Shown here: positions 10,162-20,407 of the stretch, piece after piece | Position numbering within the stretch: the stretch's first letter is position 1 | How the letters are laid out: every line of letters begins with the position of its first letter | Assembly (NCBI GenBank): GCA_035552555.1 | Contig: DASZLF010000047.1 | Coordinates: 16,814 to 80,813 of the forward strand | DNA from: Terracidiphilus sp. | Lineage (GTDB): Bacteria; Acidobacteriota; Terriglobia; Terriglobales; Acidobacteriaceae | Length of the DNA: 64,000 nt | Reading direction: 5' to 3' | Made by a program: the position numbers and the translations under genes | Notes under the pieces: model-generated | Told to the model about the DNA's origin: nothing | The model's database searches: none | The model's input: the letters and a program-made list of their open reading frames with translations, nothing else

Positions 10162-11559
10162 TTACTTCCAGGCGCCGCCGCGTGCTTCGCGGCGCAGATA
10201 ATTACCGCGTCCCGGCTTCCCCACAAACTGCCCCTTCGAAACGATCAGCTCTCCGCGTGAATACACATCGCGCGCATTGCCGCGAACGCGAAAACCCTCG
10301 AACATCGAGTAGTCCACCCGCATGTGGTGCGTGGCGGCTGAGATGGTGTAGTCCGCCGCCTGATCCCAAAGCACAATGTCCGCATCACTCCCCACGGCCA
10401 GCACGCCCTTCTTCGGATACATGCCGAAAATCCGTGCCGGCGCTGTCGAAACCAGCTCAACGAATCGATTCACGGAGAAGTTGCGCAGGCCCACGCCGTG
10501 ATGATGGAGCAGTTGCAGGCGGTTTTCGATGCCGGGACCGCCGTTGGGGATTTTGGTGAAGTCGTCCTTGCCCAGCGCCTTCTGGTCTTCAAAGCAGAAC
10601 GGACAATGATCGGTGGAGACGACCTGCAGATTGTCCTTGTGTAGACCATCCCACAGCTTCGGTTGATTGCGCCGCTCGCGCAGCGGCGGCGTGAAGACAT
10701 ACTTCGCGCCCTCCCACCCCTTATCGACCATGTTGTCTTCGAGCGAAAGCAGCAGATACTGCGGGCACGTTTCGGCAAACGCAGGCAGACCGCGATCGCG
10801 CGCCTCGCGCACCTGGTTGAGCGCGTCTTCGCTGGAAAGATGAACGATATACACCGGCACGCCCGCCATCTCCGCCATGGCAATGGCGCGATGCACAGCT
10901 TCGGCTTCGGCGCGCGTGGGCCGCGTCAGCGCGTGGTAGATCGGCGCGGTCTTGCCTTCCGCCAGCGCCTGCCGCACAATCACGTCAATCACCGATCCGT
11001 TCTCGGCGTGCATGCAGATCAGCGCCCCATTCTTCGCCGTCTGCCGCAGAGCCTTGAAGATGGTAGCGTCGTCCACCATCAGCACATTTGGATAGGCCAT
11101 GAACAGCTTGAAACTGGCCACCCCCTCGCGCACCATGTCATCCATGTCTTCCAGCCCCGCATCGGGAAGATCGGTGACGATCATATGCAGCCCATAGTCG
11201 ATGCAGGCCTTGCCTTCGGCCTTCTTCCACCACGTATCGAGCGCGCTGCGCATTTTCGTCCCGCGCGCCTGGATGGCGAAGTCGACAATCGTCGTGGTTC
11301 CGCCAATCGCCGCCGCGCGGGTGCCGGTTTCGAAATCGTCCGCCGATTTGCTGCCCCCGAACGGCATATCGAGATGCGTGTGCGCATCGATCCCGCCGGG
11401 CAGAAGCAGGAGCCCCGTAGCGTCGACAACCGTTTCCGCCGCGCTCGCCGGAATCCCCGCGCGAATCTCCTTGATGGTTGCGCCGTCGATCAGCAAATCC
11501 GCTTTGACGGTAGAGTCCGCATTGACGACAGTTCCGTTTTGAATGAGTACAGTCGGCAT
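10162..11559 (-). CDS. hydA: Dihydropyrimidinase
   Basis: PGGIDAHTH, SFKLFMAY (carboxylated Lys), HAENG, STDHCPF. Start set at MPTVLIQNG. Confidence 0.95.
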   Translation of the reverse strand: MPTVLIQNGTVVNADSTVKADLLIDGATIKEIRAGIPASAAETVVDATGLLLLPGGIDAHTHLDMPFGGSKSADDFETGTRAAAIGGTTTIVDFAIQARGTKMRSALDTWWKKAEGKACIDYGLHMIVTDLPDAGLEDMDDMVREGVASFKLFMAYPNVLMVDDATIFKALRQTAKNGALICMHAENGSVIDVIVRQALAEGKTAPIYHALTRPTRAEAEAVHRAIAMAEMAGVPVYIVHLSSEDALNQVREARDRGLPAFAETCPQYLLLSLEDNMVDKGWEGAKYVFTPPLRERRNQPKLWDGLHKDNLQVVSTDHCPFCFEDQKALGKDDFTKIPNGGPGIENRLQLLHHHGVGLRNFSVNRFVELVSTAPARIFGMYPKKGVLAVGSDADIVLWDQAADYTISAATHHMRVDYSMFEGFRVRGNARDVYSRGELIVSKGQFVGKPGRGNYLRREARGGAWK

Positions 11560-11581
11560 GGTTTCTTCAATACCTGTTTGC

Positions 11582-13003
11582 TCAGGGATGTAGCGGTTCA
11601 GAAGTGCAGACAACTCCACGCGTGCGCTCTTCCCACGTCTCCGGCGCCATTCCGTTATCCACCTCGACCATAGTGATGCAATCGTCGACCGGGCACACCA
11701 GCGAACACAAATTGCAACCGATACATTCCGTCTCATCCACACGCGGAATGCGCGCCAACGGCGTCGGATACGGACCGTGCGTGGCAGCATCCACCATGCG
11801 CTCCGTGCGCGAGACCGGTGTGGCCGTCAGCGCGGTCCGGCTGCGCAGTTCGCGCTCCGCGGGCTTTGCATGCAGTTCCACATGCCCATCGATGGCTCCG
11901 CTTACGCGATCGAGATGAATGCACTGGTGCGCTCCATCCCAGCAGGCAATGTGGCAGAGATTGCAGCCGATGCATTTCTGCTCGTCGATGTGCGCGACAA
12001 TTTTGTAGTTCAGGTTCAGGTGCTTCCACTCGGTCGTCTTCGGCAGCGAAAGGCCACGAAAATCCTCGATGGTCGCAAAACCCTTTTCGCGCATCCAGTT
12101 GTCGAGACCCTCGGTCATGTCTTCGACAATCCGATAGCCGTAATGCATGACCGCAGTGCAGACCTGAACCGAGCCGCAGCCCAGCAAAATAAACTCCGCC
12201 GCATCCCGCCACGTGCCGATGCCTCCAATGCCCGACATCGGCAATGCTGCGGTCGGATCGGACATCACCTGCTGCACCAGGCTCAGCGCGATCGGCTTCA
12301 CGGCTGGACCGGCGTATCCGCCATGCGAGCTTTTGCCGTCCACATTGGGCCGCGGCGTGAGCGTATCGAGATCGATGCCGGTGATGGAATTGATCGTATT
12401 AATGGCCGACAGGCCATCCGCGCCGCCGCGTTTAGCTGCGCGGGCCACAATCCGAATATCGGTAATATTCGGCGTAAGCTTCACCAGCACTGGAGTGCGC
12501 GCTTTCTCCTTCACCCACTCAGTGATCATCTCCGCATACTCGGGAACCTGGCCCACCGCGGATCCCATACCGCGCTCGTTCATGCCGTGTGGGCAGCCAA
12601 AGTTCAGTTCCAACCCGTCGGCTCCGGCGTCTTCCGCTCGCGTCACGATCTCATGCCAGGCTTCGCGCGTCGATGCAACCATCAGCGAAGCAATCACCGC
12701 ATGCTGCGGATAGCGCTTTTTCACTTCCAACATCTCGCGCAGGTTTTCTTCGACGCTGCGGTCGCTGATCAGCTCAATATTGTTGAAGCCCATGATTCGC
12801 TGGCCGTTCCAGTCCGTGGCCGAGTAGCGCGAGCTTACATTTGTAACCGGCTCGCCGATGGTCTTCCACACCGCCCCGCCCCAGCCCGCATCGAAGGCGC
12901 GCATGATCATCTCGCCGGTGTTAGTGGGGGGAGCAGAGGCAAGCCAGAAAGGGTTCGGTGATTGAATGCTCCCGGCAAATTTCCGCACCCGCAAGTCAGG
13001 CAT
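11582..13003 (-). CDS. preA: NAD-dependent dihydropyrimidine dehydrogenase subunit PreA
   Basis: NPFWLASAPPT, LELNFGCPHGM, VKLTPN, two C-terminal 4Fe-4S motifs (CIGCNLC). Confidence 0.95.
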   Translation of the reverse strand: MPDLRVRKFAGSIQSPNPFWLASAPPTNTGEMIMRAFDAGWGGAVWKTIGEPVTNVSSRYSATDWNGQRIMGFNNIELISDRSVEENLREMLEVKKRYPQHAVIASLMVASTREAWHEIVTRAEDAGADGLELNFGCPHGMNERGMGSAVGQVPEYAEMITEWVKEKARTPVLVKLTPNITDIRIVARAAKRGGADGLSAINTINSITGIDLDTLTPRPNVDGKSSHGGYAGPAVKPIALSLVQQVMSDPTAALPMSGIGGIGTWRDAAEFILLGCGSVQVCTAVMHYGYRIVEDMTEGLDNWMREKGFATIEDFRGLSLPKTTEWKHLNLNYKIVAHIDEQKCIGCNLCHIACWDGAHQCIHLDRVSGAIDGHVELHAKPAERELRSRTALTATPVSRTERMVDAATHGPYPTPLARIPRVDETECIGCNLCSLVCPVDDCITMVEVDNGMAPETWEERTRGVVCTSEPLHP

Positions 13004-14321
13004 GGGCAACCTCCACGGCCGCGAGCATGGCGAGTGCGGCGCGCTTTCCTTCCGCCACCGCATCCACCACTTCCCGGCCGCCATTGACGCAGTCGCCCCC
13101 GGCAAAATAACGCGGATTACCCGTCTGCCCGGTGGCGCGATCTGCAACAATGCGGCCGGCGCGAATTTCGATTTCGCGGAACTGTTGCAGCAATTCCGTA
13201 AGCGGCGACTGCCCAATTGCAGGCACCACCATGTCGCATCGAATGGTGAATTGCGAATTGGAAATTGGAGTCAGGGTCCCGTCCACCTGCCTTACCTCTT
13301 CCGTATCGAGCAGAAGACGCCCATGCGCATCGCGATGGATAGCGACCGGCACGCGCCGCCAAAGGAACTGCACACCCTCCTGTTTGGCGTGCTCGTATTC
13401 AAAGCCGAACGCGGACATGTCGTTCTCGCCGCGGCGATAGAGCAGGTAAACCGTCTCCGCGCCCAGGCGTCGCGCGGCATTGGCTGCATCGATTGCCGTG
13501 TTGCCCCCGCCCACTACAACAACCGTCCCGGAGATTTCCCCCAGGCCGCCGGTCTTATACGCTGCAATCAGTTCAAGCGCATTCATCACGCCGTCCGCGT
13601 CTTCTCCAGGAATGCCCAGACGCTGCATAGCGCCCAGGCCAAGTCCGAGAAAAACGAAGTCGAACTCCGCTTCCAGTGCCTGAATCGCCTCCGCGGAGTC
13701 GATGCTGATCCCGAATCGAAATTCCACGCCCATACGCCGGATAAGCTCGACTTCGCCGAGGCTTTCGGCCGCGCGCAATTTGTATTCGGCAACCCCGTAG
13801 GTGTTCAGTCCGCCGGGCAAGGGCCGGCGCTCGATCACGGTGACCGACGCGCCCTGGCGCCGCAGTTCGGCCGCACATGCCAGCGAGGCTGGTCCAGCGC
13901 CAACGCATGCAACCCGCAGATTACGAGGCGCGGATGCAATCGGCAGATCCTCGCCGGAAGCGCGGAACGCGTCCATGGCATGGCGTTGCAGCAGAGCGAT
14001 CTGGATGGGCTGCCGATGATAGCGATGCATCACGCACGCGCCCTCGCACAGCACTTCCACCGGGCACACGCGAGAGCAACTGCCGCCCAGAATGTTGGCT
14101 TCCAATATCCGCAGCGCCGAACCCCGCACATTGCCGCTGGCGATGCGCTTGATAAATCCGGGGACATCGATATGCGTCGGGCAGGCAGAAGTGCATGGCG
14201 CGTCAAAACAGTAGAGGCAGCGATTCGCTTCAAGCACCGCGGCCTGCGGCGTCAGCGCCGGCTTGATTTCGCTGAACCGGCTGCGCAGTTGCGGATCGTC
14301 GGGTAAACTCGCGGTGCTCAT
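12996..14321 (-). CDS. preT: Dihydropyrimidine dehydrogenase subunit PreT (GltD-like)
   Basis: EANRCLYCFDAPC, CSRVCPVEVLCEGAC, GAGPAS, GGGNTAID; overlaps the preA start. Confidence 0.93.
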   Translation of the reverse strand: MSTASLPDDPQLRSRFSEIKPALTPQAAVLEANRCLYCFDAPCTSACPTHIDVPGFIKRIASGNVRGSALRILEANILGGSCSRVCPVEVLCEGACVMHRYHRQPIQIALLQRHAMDAFRASGEDLPIASAPRNLRVACVGAGPASLACAAELRRQGASVTVIERRPLPGGLNTYGVAEYKLRAAESLGEVELIRRMGVEFRFGISIDSAEAIQALEAEFDFVFLGLGLGAMQRLGIPGEDADGVMNALELIAAYKTGGLGEISGTVVVVGGGNTAIDAANAARRLGAETVYLLYRRGENDMSAFGFEYEHAKQEGVQFLWRRVPVAIHRDAHGRLLLDTEEVRQVDGTLTPISNSQFTIRCDMVVPAIGQSPLTELLQQFREIEIRAGRIVADRATGQTGNPRYFAGGDCVNGGREVVDAVAEGKRAALAMLAAVEVAHA

Positions 14322-14356
14322 GCAAGCCTCATGCTGGTCTTTAGGGATAATCAATC

Positions 14357-15226
14357 TTAGGAAGCCACAATCGGCCCATACGCATCAGGCCGGCGATCGC
14401 GGAAGAATTGCCATGTGCGCCGCACCTCGGCAATTTCATCCAGGTTCAGGTCTGCCGTAAGCACTTCATCCTTGTCGCGCGATGCCTGCGCAATGATCTG
14501 CCCGCGAGGATTGGCGAAGTAACTCGAGCCGTAAAACTCGCCGATATTCCACGGAGGCTCGGTGCCCACGCGATTAATTGCCGCAATAAAGTAGCCATTG
14601 GCGGCGGCATGCGCCGGCTGCTCCAGTCGCCATAGATGTTCACTGAGTCCGGCCACAGTGGCCGAAGGATTAAAAACGATCTCGGCTCCATTCAACCCCA
14701 GGCAGCGCGCGCCTTCGGGAAAGTGGCGATCGTAACAGATATATACCCCGATTTTGGCGAACCCCAGATCGAACACCGGATAGCCCAGATTCCCAGGGCG
14801 GAAATAGAACTTTTCCCAGAATCCGGGTGCGACATGAGGAATGTGCGTCTTGCGATATTTGCCCAGGTAGGAGCCGTCGTTATGCAGAACCGCGGCGGTG
14901 TTATAGAAGACCCCCTCCTGTTCCATTTCGTAAACGGGAACAATCATCGCGATCCGCAATTCCCTGGCTAAGTCCTGCATCAGGCGGACGGTTGGGCCAT
15001 CGGGAACCGCTTCCGTGGCCTCGTACCATTTGATGGACTGTTCGGCGCAAAAGTAAGGGCCGTTGAATATCTCCTGAAGGCAAACAATCTGGGCGCCATC
15101 GGCCGCGGCTTTGCGAATAAGGCCGATGTGCTTTTCAATCATCGCCTGCTTCTGGGCAGGCAGCGGCTCAGTGGCCGGAATGGCATTCGAAGCCTGCACG
15201 ATAGAGCATCGGACCACGCGGGGCAT
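14357..15226 (-). CDS. Beta-ureidopropionase (nitrilase superfamily)
   Basis: Glu-Lys-Cys triad: LQEIF, YRKTHIP, ICYDRHFPE; FWEKFYF; heads the preTA-hydA operon. Confidence 0.9.
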   Translation of the reverse strand: MPRVVRCSIVQASNAIPATEPLPAQKQAMIEKHIGLIRKAAADGAQIVCLQEIFNGPYFCAEQSIKWYEATEAVPDGPTVRLMQDLARELRIAMIVPVYEMEQEGVFYNTAAVLHNDGSYLGKYRKTHIPHVAPGFWEKFYFRPGNLGYPVFDLGFAKIGVYICYDRHFPEGARCLGLNGAEIVFNPSATVAGLSEHLWRLEQPAHAAANGYFIAAINRVGTEPPWNIGEFYGSSYFANPRGQIIAQASRDKDEVLTADLNLDEIAEVRRTWQFFRDRRPDAYGPIVAS

Positions 15227-15348
15227 AAGGGCCTACTCCCGTTCAAATGGGGTGAGTCTTACAGATATACGATATCAGCGCGTTGAGCAATGGAATTGTT
15301 GCGAAAAGAAGTGGAACCATCACCCATCGGATCGGGAGAAATCGAAGA

Positions 15349-15861
15349 TCAGTATTCGACCTTGGTAGGAGAAGCGATCCAGGCATCGAAGCTTTCCAAT
15401 GCTTCCTGCCTCAGCAGTTGCACGGCAGGCAATGCCCGCTCGCTCGAATTCCTGCGAAACTCCTGGTAGAGAAACGCATCCGAGAAGCCGGCGCGCGCTG
15501 CATCCTCGGCGCACGCAGCGAAAAACACCGCATCGAGGCGCGCCCAATAACTTGCCGCCAGGCACATGGGGCAGGGCTCGCAACTGGAGTAGAGTTCGCA
15601 ACCGGCCAGCGAAAACGTGCCCAGCGCACGGCAGGCTGCGCGGATCGCCATGACCTCGGCATGCGCGGTGGCATCGAGAGTAGCGGTGACGGAGTTGGCG
15701 CCTTCTCCCACAATTTTTCCATCGCGCACAATCACCGCGCCAAATGGGCCGCCACGGCCGCTCACCACGTTTTCGGTGGCAAGTGCAATCGCGCGGCGCA
15801 TAAACTCCGGATTCGGTTCGGTCGAAGGCGGCAATTTCCGATCCCCACGAGCGTAGAACAC
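15349..15861 (-). CDS. Zn-dependent nucleobase deaminase, GuaD-type guanine deaminase-like
   Basis: GGPFGAVIV, TAHAEV, SCEPCPMC, YWAR, GFSDAFLY. Confidence 0.85.
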   Translation of the reverse strand: MFYARGDRKLPPSTEPNPEFMRRAIALATENVVSGRGGPFGAVIVRDGKIVGEGANSVTATLDATAHAEVMAIRAACRALGTFSLAGCELYSSCEPCPMCLAASYWARLDAVFFAACAEDAARAGFSDAFLYQEFRRNSSERALPAVQLLRQEALESFDAWIASPTKVEY

Positions 15862-15944
15862 AGGCCCAGTATGTCATGGCGGATTGGAATGGCGCATTGT
15901 GGTGACTGCCGGGCAGTAGCAGTCTGCGTCAGGAGTGGTTATAA

Positions 15945-15990
15945 CGCCGGCCTCCAGGCCGGCTGTCGTGTGGGCCTCCCGGCCCGCACC
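15945..15990. repeat. REP-like palindromic element, family A copy 2
   Basis: gccggcctccaggccggc hairpin plus gtgtgggcctcccggcccgcac hairpin. Confidence 0.7.
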
Positions 15991-16027
15991 GACTGGGGGG
16001 TGCGTACCAAATCATCTAGCCTGCGTG

Positions 16028-16612
16028 CTAGCCAAGTTCCGACAAATCCTCGGAACTGTCAATGTCGATCTCGCCGCCCGCAAATTCCACTTCCGCGAGC
16101 GGAAGCGGCGGATCCATCAGAAGCTTGCGCGCGCCGCGGTCCCCCTCCAGCGCTTGGAGATGAGGAAACACCACGCGCGGAAATACTGCGGGAATCCCGC
16201 GTATCCCGGCATAAGTCGATGCGACCATAGGAAGCTGTTTCCGCGCCTGGAATTCCTGCAGCAACGACCGAAGATGTTCAGACGTGAGGCGGGGCTGGTC
16301 GCAGCTCAGGATCAGCAGGCCCGCGGAACCGGGCGCGCTTTCCTCCAGGGCATGCAAGCCGGCGTGGATCGAACCGGAAATTCCCGAATCCCACTTTTGA
16401 TTCACCACCAGCACCACATCGCATCCGTGGATGGAATCGCGAACCGTGTCGAGATTTGCGCCAAGCACAACCAGAATCGGAAATGCGCCAGCCTCCTGCG
16501 CCAGCCGGATTGCGCGCGACAACAGAGTTTCGCCCCCAAACATAAGCAGTTGTTTGGGCCGGCCAAGGCGCCGGCTGGCGCCGGCGGCGAGGATCAGCGC
16601 TGGGATGGGCAT
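16028..16612 (-). CDS. mocA: Molybdenum cofactor cytidylyltransferase-like nucleotidyltransferase
   Basis: LAAGASRRLGRPKQLL, CDQP, GDRGAR, DID. Confidence 0.85.
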   Translation of the reverse strand: MPIPALILAAGASRRLGRPKQLLMFGGETLLSRAIRLAQEAGAFPILVVLGANLDTVRDSIHGCDVVLVVNQKWDSGISGSIHAGLHALEESAPGSAGLLILSCDQPRLTSEHLRSLLQEFQARKQLPMVASTYAGIRGIPAVFPRVVFPHLQALEGDRGARKLLMDPPLPLAEVEFAGGEIDIDSSEDLSELG

Positions 16613-16648
16613 GGCCTTAGTGTGGTGCCTCGTAAATGACTCGACAAA

Positions 16649-16733
16649 AACAATGCTGTCATCCTGAGAACAATGCTGTCATCCTGAGCGGAGTTTGGCC
16701 GATTTTTGGGCCAAACGGAGTCGAAGGACCTGC
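16649..16733. repeat. TGTCATCCTGAG-type intergenic palindromic element with 20-bp tandem duplication
   Basis: AACAATGCTGTCATCCTGAG at 16649 and 16669, then GTTTGGCC/GGCCAAAC hairpin and GTCGAAGGACC. Confidence 0.75.
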
Positions 16734-16846
16734 ATTTGGGGCTGCGCAAGGATGCAACGAATTTGTGAGACACCACACGAGTGTAGCCGGTATCCCGTCA
16801 CTTCCGCCGCGCGATTCGATGGGCACGGGCCTAAATAGGCCGAACC

Positions 16847-17344
16847 TTACGGCTCAATTTCCGAATCGGGCTGCAGCAGAACCAGCAACACCAGCGCAAC
16901 CACCGCAAACATGCGAAATGCTTCTTCCTGTCCGTTCCAGATCCGCGATTGCCACATCAGAAACCACTCGCCGCCGATCGACAGAAATGCTACAAGCCAC
17001 ATCAGCAACGAGACTGTGAGGCCCGCAATCGCGATTCTCTTGGCGGAGTTGAACCGGCCAATCGGCTCACGCAGAGCGCGCAATAACCGCACCGATCCCC
17101 ACCACAGCAGCACCATGGTGGCGACTTCCCACGCGATGATGCCGAAGTAAAACGCCAGGTGCACAGCCGGGGACGCGATCGCGCGCCAAAGTCCATGATT
17201 CCCGGGGAATGTGGAATCCATCAGCAATACATGCCGCACGAACTGATAATTCGAGTCAAAGTCCGTAACGTTATTGAACACCACCAGGGTGTAGTAAAAG
17301 GCAATGCCGGATAACAGCAAAAGTTTTGCAGTTCTTGCGATCAT
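16847..17344 (-). CDS. DUF2165 family small membrane protein
   Basis: NNVTDFDSNYQFVRHVLLMD, IGGEWFLMWQS..WNGQ. Confidence 0.85.
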   Translation of the reverse strand: MIARTAKLLLLSGIAFYYTLVVFNNVTDFDSNYQFVRHVLLMDSTFPGNHGLWRAIASPAVHLAFYFGIIAWEVATMVLLWWGSVRLLRALREPIGRFNSAKRIAIAGLTVSLLMWLVAFLSIGGEWFLMWQSRIWNGQEEAFRMFAVVALVLLVLLQPDSEIEP

Positions 17345-17555
17345 GGCGGGCGCTCTCTCACCGGCGGGCATGCCTCACCCGCCTGGTCGTGATTTGAAGA
17401 AATCTCGCATTGAGCCTACACCATTCCCGTCCACAGGAAAGAAATGCAGAGAGCCGTGCAACCGCCGCCACATTCTCATTCGGCATCGAAGACTCTGGAC
17501 GAGCGGAGTTCAATCGCCGCGCCAGATGCCCGATCCGTTTCTTAGAATGTCTCCT

Positions 17556-18875
17556 ATGGCCGCTCCTCTGGGTACAATTCGCACGCTCCGCAGCGCCTTG
17601 GCAAACGATCTCACCACGCCCACCCGGCTTGCCGAAACCGCCCTGGCCAATGCCAATCGAAACCCCGGCCGCAACACCTACCTGTGGCGGGATCCGGCGT
17701 GGACCAAGCGCGAAGCGGAACGCGCGGAGCAGATGCCGCGCGGCGAAGGCGGCCCGTTTGGCGATGGTCGGCCCATCTTCTGGGGTTTGCCCGTTTCTGT
17801 GAAGGACTGCTTCGATCTGGCCGGCGCGCCAACCACCTGCGGCACGACGTTCTACCGCGACAGCAAAGGCATCGCGACGCGCGATTCGTGGATTGTCGAA
17901 CGGCTGCGCGCGCTGGGCGCGGTCATCACAGGCAAGACCCACCTGCATCCGCTCGCCTACGGAATCACCGGCGAGAACCCCGAGTTCGGCGATTGTCTCC
18001 AGCCCGGCAAGGAGCGCGCGCTTACAGGCGGCTCTTCCTCCGGCGCGTGTGCCAGCGTAATGGAGGGATCGGCGGTCGCTGCCATCGGCACCGACACCGG
18101 CGGCTCAGTCCGCGTGCCGGCGGCGCTGTGCGGCCTCGCCGGTTATCGCGCCTCCCTCGGCCGAGGCGATTGGCGCGGCGGCGCGCACCTGGCGCAATCC
18201 TTCGATACGCTCGGCTGGCTGTTTGCGGATTTGGAAGAAGCTCCACTGCTGGGCAGCTTTTTCTCAGAACGCGAGCCGGCGCACATCCGTGCATACGGCA
18301 AGTTTGCCGTCGCCGGCGAAGACATCCTCAACGACTGCGAGTCCGCGATTCTTCATAGCTATCGCAAGGAAATCGCCGAACTCGAAGGCCTCGGCCTGCA
18401 AGCAACAACCATCGACATCCCCTGGTGGAGCGAGGCCCAGGATATCTTTGCACGCATTCAGGCATGGGAAGCCTCCGGCCTCCATCGCGGAAATTTTGAT
18501 CGCTTCGAGACCGCGATTCGCGAACGCCTCGAATGGGGCGCGCGCATCACGCCCGATGAGATTGCCATGCTGCGCCAGCGACACGAGCAGTTCAAAGTGC
18601 GCATCGATGATCTCTTCGAAGAGCACCAACTTGTAATGCCTCCCGCCGCACCCGTCGCGCAACTCGCCGCAGGCGCGGACCACAGCAATACGCGCAAGCG
18701 CCTCTTGCGTTACACCGCGGCCATCAGCCTGGCCGGAGCGCCTGCAGTCACCATTCCCTGCTCCGTCGGCGGCATGCAGCTCGCCGCGGCACGCCACCAG
18801 GACGAAGCCCTGCTGCAGCTCGTCGCGCTGCTCGGCGCGCGAAGGAAAGCCTCTCCGCCCGTACTGAATTCGTAG
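17556..18875 (+). CDS. Amidase signature enzyme
   Basis: VSVKDCFD, GGSSSG, GTDTGGSVRVPA (Lys-cisSer-Ser). Start uncertain (17547 or 17556). Confidence 0.88.
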   Translation: MAAPLGTIRTLRSALANDLTTPTRLAETALANANRNPGRNTYLWRDPAWTKREAERAEQMPRGEGGPFGDGRPIFWGLPVSVKDCFDLAGAPTTCGTTFYRDSKGIATRDSWIVERLRALGAVITGKTHLHPLAYGITGENPEFGDCLQPGKERALTGGSSSGACASVMEGSAVAAIGTDTGGSVRVPAALCGLAGYRASLGRGDWRGGAHLAQSFDTLGWLFADLEEAPLLGSFFSEREPAHIRAYGKFAVAGEDILNDCESAILHSYRKEIAELEGLGLQATTIDIPWWSEAQDIFARIQAWEASGLHRGNFDRFETAIRERLEWGARITPDEIAMLRQRHEQFKVRIDDLFEEHQLVMPPAAPVAQLAAGADHSNTRKRLLRYTAAISLAGAPAVTIPCSVGGMQLAAARHQDEALLQLVALLGARRKASPPVLNS

Positions 18876-18882
18876 CCTGCAA

Positions 18883-19674
18883 TCAGATTTGCGAACTGGC
18901 AAGCGGACTGAGAATCAGGTTAGTGATGTTGCTGACGATCGATTCGTAAGCATACTTCGGGTCCGCCGAAAGCTTCTTCCAGTCGGGATTGTTGCTGAAC
19001 GCGGCCCAGTGCGCATTCAGCTCCGCGAGATCGTTGAAGGTCAGCATGTAGGTGAGGCTCGGCATGCGCGTGCCCACCAGTGTGTCTCCGAAGAACACGT
19101 TGTGGAATCCCGCCGCTTTGAAAATGTCGAACTCGCCCGCGTGGAACATCTCCACCTTGCGCACGTGATCGCGATAGCTGGGGCTCTCGTAGGTGCGCAG
19201 TTGATACACCCGCTCGCCGCCCGCACCGGCCGGCGGGGGCGTAATGCGCGGCCATCCTTCAAACGCCGCAAGTAGAGTCGAGTCCGTGCGCACAAACGCC
19301 GGAGCCGTCGCCGGCGCGCTCCAGAATGGCTCTGCGGCCTTCATGAACTCGCCATCCGTCGCCAGCGCGAGATCGAGCGTGGCCAGCTCTTCCACCGAGC
19401 GGGAAGGAATCATCACATAGTACGTCGGCGTCTCCGGGCCGATGTTCACGCTGAATGCACCCACCGGACCCATGCCGCGGCGCGTCAGCGCAGGAATCAG
19501 CGCATCCCCGATGAAATGCTCGGTGAGCCCGTTCTGCGGCCCGCTCTCAACAAAGTAGCGGCGCAGCAGATAGAATTCGCGCGCCGGTACCGTACCGGGC
19601 TCGGCGCTCGCATCGCGCGCCAGTGCAACCGCGGATGTGGCCAGTGAAGCGGAAAGAAAACGTCGACGATTCAA
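18883..19674 (-). CDS. Tat-exported NIPSNAP family protein
   Basis: TTG start, NRRRFL twin-arginine signal, two NIPSNAP-like repeats (YLLRRY, YQLRTYES). Confidence 0.8.
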   Translation of the reverse strand: MNRRRFLSASLATSAVALARDASAEPGTVPAREFYLLRRYFVESGPQNGLTEHFIGDALIPALTRRGMGPVGAFSVNIGPETPTYYVMIPSRSVEELATLDLALATDGEFMKAAEPFWSAPATAPAFVRTDSTLLAAFEGWPRITPPPAGAGGERVYQLRTYESPSYRDHVRKVEMFHAGEFDIFKAAGFHNVFFGDTLVGTRMPSLTYMLTFNDLAELNAHWAAFSNNPDWKKLSADPKYAYESIVSNITNLILSPLASSQI

Positions 19675-19712
19675 TGAGACCCTCCGCGAAAAAGCATACC
19701 GCATCGCAGCCG

Positions 19713-20165
19713 CTACTCTTCGCCTATATCCTCGTTCCACACCTCGGGGTGCTGCGCGATATAGCCCTCGAGCAGATCGCGGCACTCGGCACTGTCCAGG
19801 TCAATCACGTTGACGCCGTTCTCGCGCAGCCATTCGATGCCTCCGCTGAACGTGCGGCTCTCTCCCACTACCACCGTCCCCAAGCGGAACTGCCGCACCA
19901 GGCCGCTGCAATACCAGCACGGAGCCAGCGTGGTGACCATGATGAGCTTGCGATAGCTGCGCTGCCGGCCCGCGCGGCGAAACGCGTCCGTCTCCCCGTG
20001 AATGCTGGGATCGCCCTCCTGCACGCGACGATTGTGGCCTCGGCTCAGCAGTTCACCCGCCTGCGTAAACATCGCCGCGCCAATGGGAATGCCGCCCTCG
20101 GCAAAGCCCTGCCGCGCCTCTTCGAGCGCCACCCCCAGCATCTTTTCGTATCTGGCTCGATCCAT
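19713..20165 (-). CDS. Cytosine deaminase, fungal FCY1-like zinc deaminase
   Basis: EGGIPIGA, GHNRRVQ..DPSIHGE, TTLAPCWYC, WNEDIGE. Confidence 0.88.
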   Translation of the reverse strand: MDRARYEKMLGVALEEARQGFAEGGIPIGAAMFTQAGELLSRGHNRRVQEGDPSIHGETDAFRRAGRQRSYRKLIMVTTLAPCWYCSGLVRQFRLGTVVVGESRTFSGGIEWLRENGVNVIDLDSAECRDLLEGYIAQHPEVWNEDIGEE

Positions 20166-20370
20166 GCGTCTCTTCCTGCAATCGGATTTGGTCTTCATCA
20201 TCCCACGGCGCCCGCTCGAATCCGCCTGTGTCAGCCGCAAACCTGTCCGGCTCCGAACCTTAAGAAATGTAAACGGAATCCACGCCGAGGCCCCCTTCGC
20301 GACCGTATGCTATTGATTTGGATAACCTTACGCCTTAAACGCGCACCCATCTGCACTTCGCTTCCAAGCC

Positions 20371-20401
20371 TTGACTTCGAGCGCGCTACAAGGAGTACGT
20401 T
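20371..20401 (+). promoter_or_regulatory. MerR-type promoter with 19-bp spacer and dyad operator
   Basis: -35 TTGACT, 19-nt spacer, -10 TACGTT; imperfect palindrome CTTCGAGC-GC-GCTACAAG. Confidence 0.75.
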
Positions 20402-20407
20402 GATGAT

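Noticed and set aside
11560-11790. N-terminal extensions in the ORF track (hydA, preA, amidase, paoB, xdhC)
   Set aside because: They overlap neighbouring genes or repeats; downstream starts match family N-termini.
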